Assembly: GCA_001949185.1 (NCBI GenBank)
Contig: BDGG01000034.1
Span: 1-13,793, forward strand
DNA from: Ramazzottius varieornatus
Taxonomy: Eukaryota > Animalia > Tardigrada
Reading direction: 5' to 3'
Length of the DNA stretch: 13,793 nt
The notes under the pieces were generated by a model. It was not told where the DNA came from. It saw only the letters and a list, made by a program, of their open reading frames with translations, and did no database searches. Within the stretch, counting starts at the first letter, position 1, and each line of letters starts with the position of its first letter. Positions 8,129 to 13,793 of this stretch are shown in pieces. The translations under genes were made by a program, and so were the position numbers.

Positions 8129-11100
8129 TGCGGACCCGGAAGAACAGGACACCGTCGCCCGCCAAAGAAGTTCCGCGACGACAGGCCGCTACGCGTCAAA
8201 GAGTTTATACCCGCTGCTTCGGAATTCTCCTACAAGGCTAGTGGACCTCCAGAAGGCAAGATCGTCAGGAACGATGCTCGATGGCGGAAACATTTGGTCC
8301 GCGTCAAGAGTCCCAACATCAAGTTCTGGGATGAGGAACGAACAGGCACGGATCGTTACATGACCAGAGTAAGTTGGCAACCGACCTTTTCCCCATTTCT
8401 CTCTCGCTAATCAAGTCCTTTTTTTTCGTTGTATACATGCCTGTGGTGCCATGTAGAATACGGTGCAGACCGCCGACCTTTCGAAATCCTGTAACATGAG
8501 TGACATCTTTTGGTCTCTCACACCCCGCAAGTTGCTCGCATCGAAAACTTGGCAGCAAATTGGCAAAACTGGGGCTTTGTTAGACTTCTTGTTCGTCCGC
8601 TTTGCGGGCTCGAGGTGATGGTATTGCAAGGGTGATACGGGGAGCTGTAAGGCAGATCCAGATTGCTCTTTGGGTGGTAGATTTGGAAGCGTTTGGTCAG
8701 CTTGGAAAAGCTTTAGGCCTGTGCTCGAGCTCAGGGCAAAATCAGGAGGCGATCTGGCCATGTGTGTCTTACCTTCCCCATAGCCAAAACCAACCTGGTT
8801 TCCTAATCTTGTGTACACAGAACGTTTGCAAATAAGGCCTCTTATTGGGATTTGTGCTCATGATGGTGGGGTAGAGGCTCGTTGTGGGGCATCTGTTTTC
8901 GTAAGGAAGAAAGGAGCGTTATACTTTTGGACAGGCTGTACAATAGCGCGGGATTATCTCGTATTCAGCGACAAAACAAACATGCCAAAATGCCATCGCG
9001 CCTCCTGCATTATGCCCCTTTCTTTACCTTTAGCCTGAAACTTTCCCTACTTCCTCCGCTATCCATCACCCGCAAGTAGTGTCGGGAGGTGGGAACAGGA
9101 TGACTTCTGTTTTTCCGACGATCGAGTTGTGTCCAGGGGTGCGCCAAGAACCCGGACGTCTTGGTTTCGAACATGCTTTACACAGTTGAGCTAGACTACC
9201 AAGAGCTGCAGCTCATAAGATATATTCGACGTATTGCACTTCGAGTGCGAGTCATTGCAACCGTTTAGAAATCAAAACTTTCAAAATCAATGACGCCCTC
9301 AATCATCCTCTTCAGCTCTACACAGTTTGCAGTAACCGACGCCCGAGTAGGAGTACTGAACACTTGAGACTTGGAGCACTGCAAGATGCCGTTGAGATTT
9401 CAGCGTTGTCTCCCCGCGCCTCTTGTTGAAAGTGATACGATTACCTGACAAAACTGTGAAAGTTTGCCGCCCGCAATCAAATACCGTCTCCGTCGAAAAG
9501 GCTCTTTCAAACATGTGGACAGCAATCAAGATGGTCTCCATTCATTCCTGTCACGACCGCCAAGACTTTCTCACCATATTGAACTAGCCTTTTATTGCGC
9601 CACTTCCTCGTTGCATCAATCCTTGTAAAGGGGAAGGTCATCATTGTAGCGGAATGTCTCGGGCATAATCGGAGAGTAGATGGGTAACTAGGTGAAGATT
9701 GTTCTCAATGTCGACGGCCGTTTCTTACCTGCTCTGCTTTCTCTTCAACATGGCGAGCGTGAGACGAGCATGTAGCTTCCTTCTTAAACATGTTTTCTTT
9801 AGGCTGAAATCAGATCCATCAGCAAACACGTCAGTTAACGATTTCCCTTTGATATCTGCAAAGAGCGAAGGAAGACATTGTAATCAGCTCATAAATGCCT
9901 TTGCCAATTAACACGTTTCTCCCTGTCGTCTTGACCAACGTGTTGGACGCTGCATCGGCGGCTCAGGTCACCGCTTGGCTATCGGTTTCCCAGACGGAGC
10001 AACGTCGTAAAAAGATATAACTAATGGAATGCGCTTTGTGTACTTGCAGAGATGTCGGGAGAGCCTGGAGCGGTTGGCGGTGATGGTGCGCAATGAATGG
10101 GCTGGCGACTTTCTCTTGGTGACGGAAGCCTATGACGACAACTACGTCCACACCAAGGGCTCGCTCCATTACGAAGGACGCGCACTAGACCTCAAGACGC
10201 GTGCACGCAACCGAACGCGCTACGGACAGTTGGCCAGGATGGCCGTTAAAGCCGGCTTCGACTGGGTTTTCTACGAAAACAGAGCTCACATCCATGTGTC
10301 TTGTCGATCAGGTAACAAAGACAAATAGGCTAAAAACAAGCAGTTCCTCGCTTCTTTCATTTCTGACTTGATTTCTGATAGTCTTCGTTTGTGTTAGCTT
10401 ACCCTGCCGCTTTATTCTGCGTGCTTCTACTATTGATACATATATAGCTCATGATCTGATCTTTTTTTTTCCTTTACAGATAATTACGAGTGGCAAAAGC
10501 TCCTGGGAGACGAAAAATGCTTCCACGCGGACAAGAGCAGCGTCTTTCGCCAGCTTCGTTCTCATCCTCACATGTTTGAGAGTACCCCCATGAAGAAGCT
10601 ATCCGTTGGCGACCAGGTCCTGGCCAGGCAGGCAGACGGCATCGTCGTGCCCTCCGAAGTGATCGCATGGATCCACGTCGACAACTCTTCCCAGGCCCTC
10701 TTCCTCAGCATCCAGACCGAAGACGGCAAGAAGCTGACCCTGACGCCCTCCCATCTCCTCCACCTCCAGACCGAACAAGGAAGTATCGTTAGCCGTTTTG
10801 CCCGTGACATTTCCATCGGTGACAAACTCCTGACCATGGCATCAGCTTGGACCGCAGGACAAAGAGTAACGAACGATGGAGTGTCCATGATAACCAAAGC
10901 CGACAAGGTGATTGGCATTGAAGAGGAGATATCGGTGGGTAGTTTGGCTCCGTTGACACGCCACGGGACCATCCTGGTCAATGCGGTGTCGGCTTCGTGT
11001 TACGCTGCCATTGACAACACAGAGATGGCGCATGCGGCGTTCGCCCCACTGCGATGGTGGACTTTGTTGGTCGGTGTGGACAAGAAAGGCTCCAGTGATT

Positions 11101-11204
11101 CTCACGGTATTCATCTTTACGCCAAAACCTTACTCGGTATCTCTAGTTTCTTCTCGTCAGTGGGTAACGCTGTGACCAGTACCTTGGGCTTGTTGAAACA
11201 GTGA
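8063..11204 (+). CDS. hh: Hedgehog precursor (signal peptide + Hedge signalling domain + Hog/Hint autoprocessing domain + sterol-recognition region), 3 exons, ~430 aa
   Basis: Exons 8063-8368, 10050-10311, 10480-11204 (alternative in-frame ATG at 8033). Introns fall at the conserved hh positions (MTR|RC phase 0; after HIHxSxxS phase 1). Motifs: CGPGR, basic RRPPKK, FIP..E....ASG..EGKI.RN, DEERTGTDRYMT, VTEAYD, SLHYEGRALD, YGQLARMAVKAGFDWVFYE..HIH, then CF, LSVGDQVL, LTLTPSHL, APLTRHGTILVN..ASCYA, AHAAFAPLR, GIHLYAK. Confidence 0.97.
10518..11204 (+). other. Hog domain (intein-like Hint + sterol-recognition region) of Hedgehog
   Basis: Begins at the catalytic Cys (TGC 10518-10520, CF); retains the TxxH block-B motif (TPSH), SCYA and the SRR motifs AHAAFAPLR and GIHLYA. 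Confidence 0.92.
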
Positions 11205-11584
11205 CGTGTGTCGCATTATTGTAGCTACTCACATTTGCCATTTGAATAACCAGCGCTTCTTAAGTTTTTAGTTTCTGACAGATTTTAATTGTGCTTTCTT
11301 TCGTAATCGCAACTTGCAGAATTACTTGTTTTTCCTCGTACTATTTACAGCGTTTCCAATTCGGTCTTCTAAAAAAGTGCGTCGTCATACTGTACGTTTG
11401 ATTTAGAAACAGATTTCCGCGTCGAAACAAAATTAGCCGTTTGATAATCAAGGATAAACGATAACGGGTAAACACAACTCATAATCAATTTTAGAAAAAC
11501 AGAAAAAATGTCGTAGTAGTGCGCGCACAGCTATAACTTGTAAACAGAATGTGACCAGGGTTGTCATTGCTGGAGAACCTCGGT

Positions 11585-12694
11585 TCATAACCACAAACGA
11601 GTTTCCGGATGTCCGTGAGGGTCGAGTGAGTAACAAAAGAGAGTGGAAACCAGTGGATGAACCGCCCCGATAAACCCTTTCAAATCGCCCATCCGGATGA
11701 GATCTAATGCCTTATGAGCACCAGTGTTCGGATCGATCCTAAAACAAGAATGGTTGACTGAATTTCAATCAGCATGAATTCCAGCGTTCAACACGATTTC
11801 TACCTTTTTATCAGCTGACCAACAAAATACAGACAAGCCTCGGAGACATTGTCATCGACAAGCCAAGTGAGCTTCGCAGACACAGTCCTAAAACGCCTTC
11901 CATCCATTTCCAAAGGCACTGCGTGGCGTAGTGCGAAGTACATTGACGTGGGATGTGGAAGAATCTGTCCGCAAGAGCTCCGGGTAGAAATTCGGTCAGT
12001 GAAGGAGGTTTTGTGCGAATCGCGACCCATAACTTTGACTGTCAGTGGAGTGTTCATAGCTGAGAGGAGCAGGTAGACGGAAGCCAAGCCGTTCTTCGAG
12101 TTGATATCCTCGACGTCTGGCGTGAAAACACTCATGATCTCGTGCGCCGACATTTTTAGAGTTACGTTGATCAGAACAGTTTCGAAGCCAATTCGACGGG
12201 TATACGGACACTGGAACACCTCTGATTGAATGGTCATGTTGGCGTAGACTACCTTCCCCACCCTGCGGGATCGTTCATCGATTTTCACCTGAGCCTCGTA
12301 CGACTTCCAGACGTTCTCGATCATCCATTCACGGGACTCCCAGATGGTTTTGTCGCTTGTGGGGTTCTCAAACATCAGCATGGTGGTGGCCACTCCAGCC
12401 AACTGCCAGAAGTTGCTCTGCGGCTCCATATCGGCCAAGTCACAGTGTATGAACGCCTCCATGGGGATGACGACTTTCCGCATGAACGGTGCGCATTCTC
12501 TGGAGATCGCACTTAGCCATTTTGTACAGACTCTGCAAGGACAGCAAGCCTAAGCTCCACAACTCACCAGTACCTCCAAGACAGCTTTCGTAGTAAAGAG
12601 GGACTTACCGACGAATACGCAGCAGCTGAAAGAAGTCGACGCACTGGAAAAGTTGGTCCAGAACTCCAGGCGGAATATCGTCGAAGACAACCAT
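11585..12694 (-). CDS. F-box domain protein with an unrecognised C-terminal domain, 3 exons, ~322 aa
   Basis: Exons 12694-12609, 12532-11804, 11738-11585 (introns 76 nt GTAAGT..TTGCAG and 65 nt GTAGAA..TTTTAG; 969 nt in frame). Splicing gives N-terminal MVVFDDIPPGVLDQLFQCVDFFQLLRIRRVCTKWLSAI, matching the F-box pattern (F.DLP.E+L..IF..LD...LL.+R.VCK.W), joined to ORF 11800-12483. The third exon is less certain; without it the CDS stops at 11800. Confidence 0.78.
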
Positions 12695-13271
12695 GACAGA
12701 CTCTGGCAGTTATTGACAGGCCACCAGAGATCCGCGAGTAGCTGCAACCGAGTACGCTGAGGGGGGTGAAACCGAGTACAGTACACTGTGAGCTGTATTA
12801 ATGATCAACAGCAAAAACAAAATAGATCCGTTTCGACCTCGTAAGTCAAACGTGAGCCGGATCTTGACAGGAGCCCGAACTTTAGCAGCTGCGCCCTATT
12901 TGTCTTTTTGTTCTCAGCGGGTTGCCAATACACAGTTTTCGGCCCTGTCAGCAGGATTCGACTGTCGTCGGTCAACAGCAAAGACGGATGTTTCGCACAT
13001 GGGTTTTGAACTTTTATTATACGGAAATTCGACTCAACAAAGACCATGAAGAATGTCTGCGGTTGAATACATACTGAAAAAAAGCTGCTCCAGAATTTGC
13101 ATCATGAACAATGGGATATTTATGATGGAATTCGGTGTTTTCAGTTCCCGACACCGTACATATTGTGCAGTAGCTCGCACAGGAAAGAACAACGGGACGA
13201 ACGCTACGCAAACGCATCCAAATTAACAAAACCACTTCGCAACAGGTACGTAACTCACGTTAGACAACTGT

Positions 13272-13793
13272 TTAGTTTTGGAAGTTTGAGTTCCTTGAAG
13301 TTGCAGGCCGATGTACTTCGACCATGAGTTGTGCGCGGGCTGAGACGACCGTCTTGGTCGATGTGCTATTGCCGTTGAAGGAGGAGCCCTCACTGTTGGC
13401 TATGGTGCCGCTGGGTGATAGATTGTTGGAGCTAGGCTGAGTGGTCGTTGTCGTCTCCAGGATGATGTGAGGCTCGAGGAAGACTTGTTGGCAGGAGATG
13501 GCGTCTTCCTCACTGATGGTCGACAGGGAGACGCGGTAGGCGGCGCTTCGCTGCGACATGTACGCTGCTGGCTCGGGTGTCAGAACCGGCACCTCGTCAG
13601 CATCGTCATTGGCAATGAACTGCAATATACCGATAGACAGTTGACAGATGAAAAAGTCATACCGAAAGAGTCCAGGCGCAGGAAACTCATTCTTACATCA
13701 GGCAAAGGCCCAACAAGGGATAGTAAGACCGGCAAGAAGACGAGGCTGTTGAGGACTGACAGTGAAATGATGCCCGTCAGAATCAGGAAACAG
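13272..13793 (-). CDS. ptc: Second Patched copy, 3' end only (part of penultimate exon 13793-13697, intron 13696-13620, last exon 13619-13272)
   Basis: Reverse complement of 4746-5263 with splice sites intact. Ends ...RNSNFQN* (TAA 13274-13272), four residues shorter than copy 1 (...FQNQTVG*). Whether the copy is full length cannot be seen in this window. Confidence 0.8.
13276..13793 (-). repeat. Right arm of the inverted repeat (partner 4746-5263), runs off the window end
   Basis: Identical to the reverse complement of 4746-5263 over 518 bp; spacer between the arms is 5264-13275 (8012 bp). Confidence 0.97.

Noticed and set aside
8369-10049. Nested gene or structured RNA in hh intron 1 (ORFs up to 135 aa; palindrome GAGCTGCAGCTC at 9203-9214; hairpin GCACT-TCG-AGTGC at 9236-9248)
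   Set aside because: The ORFs look random and the short palindromes are within chance expectation. No tRNA or other known ncRNA pattern was recognised.
10518-11010. Mobile intein or self-splicing element
   Set aside because: The intein-like motifs are the Hint domain of Hedgehog. There is no homing endonuclease or terminal His-Asn, and an SRR follows.
11585-12694. Slimb/beta-TrCP or Fbxl17 ortholog
   Set aside because: No WD40 or leucine-rich repeats, and the protein is too short.
12550-12786. 78-aa minus-strand ORF as the first exon of the 227-aa ORF (same frame, separated by a TAG), suggesting readthrough or a pseudogene
   Set aside because: A different frame (ATG 12694) with a strong GTAAGT donor and a 76-nt intron gives a coherent F-box, which explains the region better.
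4746-13793. DNA transposon with long terminal inverted repeats carrying hh
   Set aside because: The arms are patched exon/intron sequence, no transposase is visible, and the outer ends cannot be seen.
13272-13793. Calling the second ptc copy a pseudogene because of its earlier stop
   Set aside because: Only four terminal residues are lost, and the frame and splice sites are intact. Status cannot be decided without the rest of the gene.

Overview
Eukaryotic (animal) genomic DNA with mostly 60-115 nt GT-AG introns; no prokaryotic or CRISPR features. A compact ecdysozoan genome such as a clade I nematode is plausible but is only an inference. Layout: a 5'-truncated, 13-exon patched gene (+, ~13-5279), a complete 3-exon hedgehog gene (+, 8063-11204), a 3-exon F-box gene not captured whole by the ORF track (-, 12694-11585), and the 3' end of a second, inverted patched copy (-, 13793-13272). 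The two patched copies are identical over 518 bp including an intron, then diverge abruptly at the stop region. The hedgehog ligand gene therefore sits in the ~8 kb spacer of an inverted pair of its own receptor genes. Both partners carry unusual catalytic-site changes: Patched TM4 GxxxD(D) reads SLSLHH, and the Hedgehog autoprocessing site reads K|CF instead of G|CF, with the Hint general-base Asp replaced by His. Exon models and alignments were built by eye against remembered reference sequences; no searches were run.
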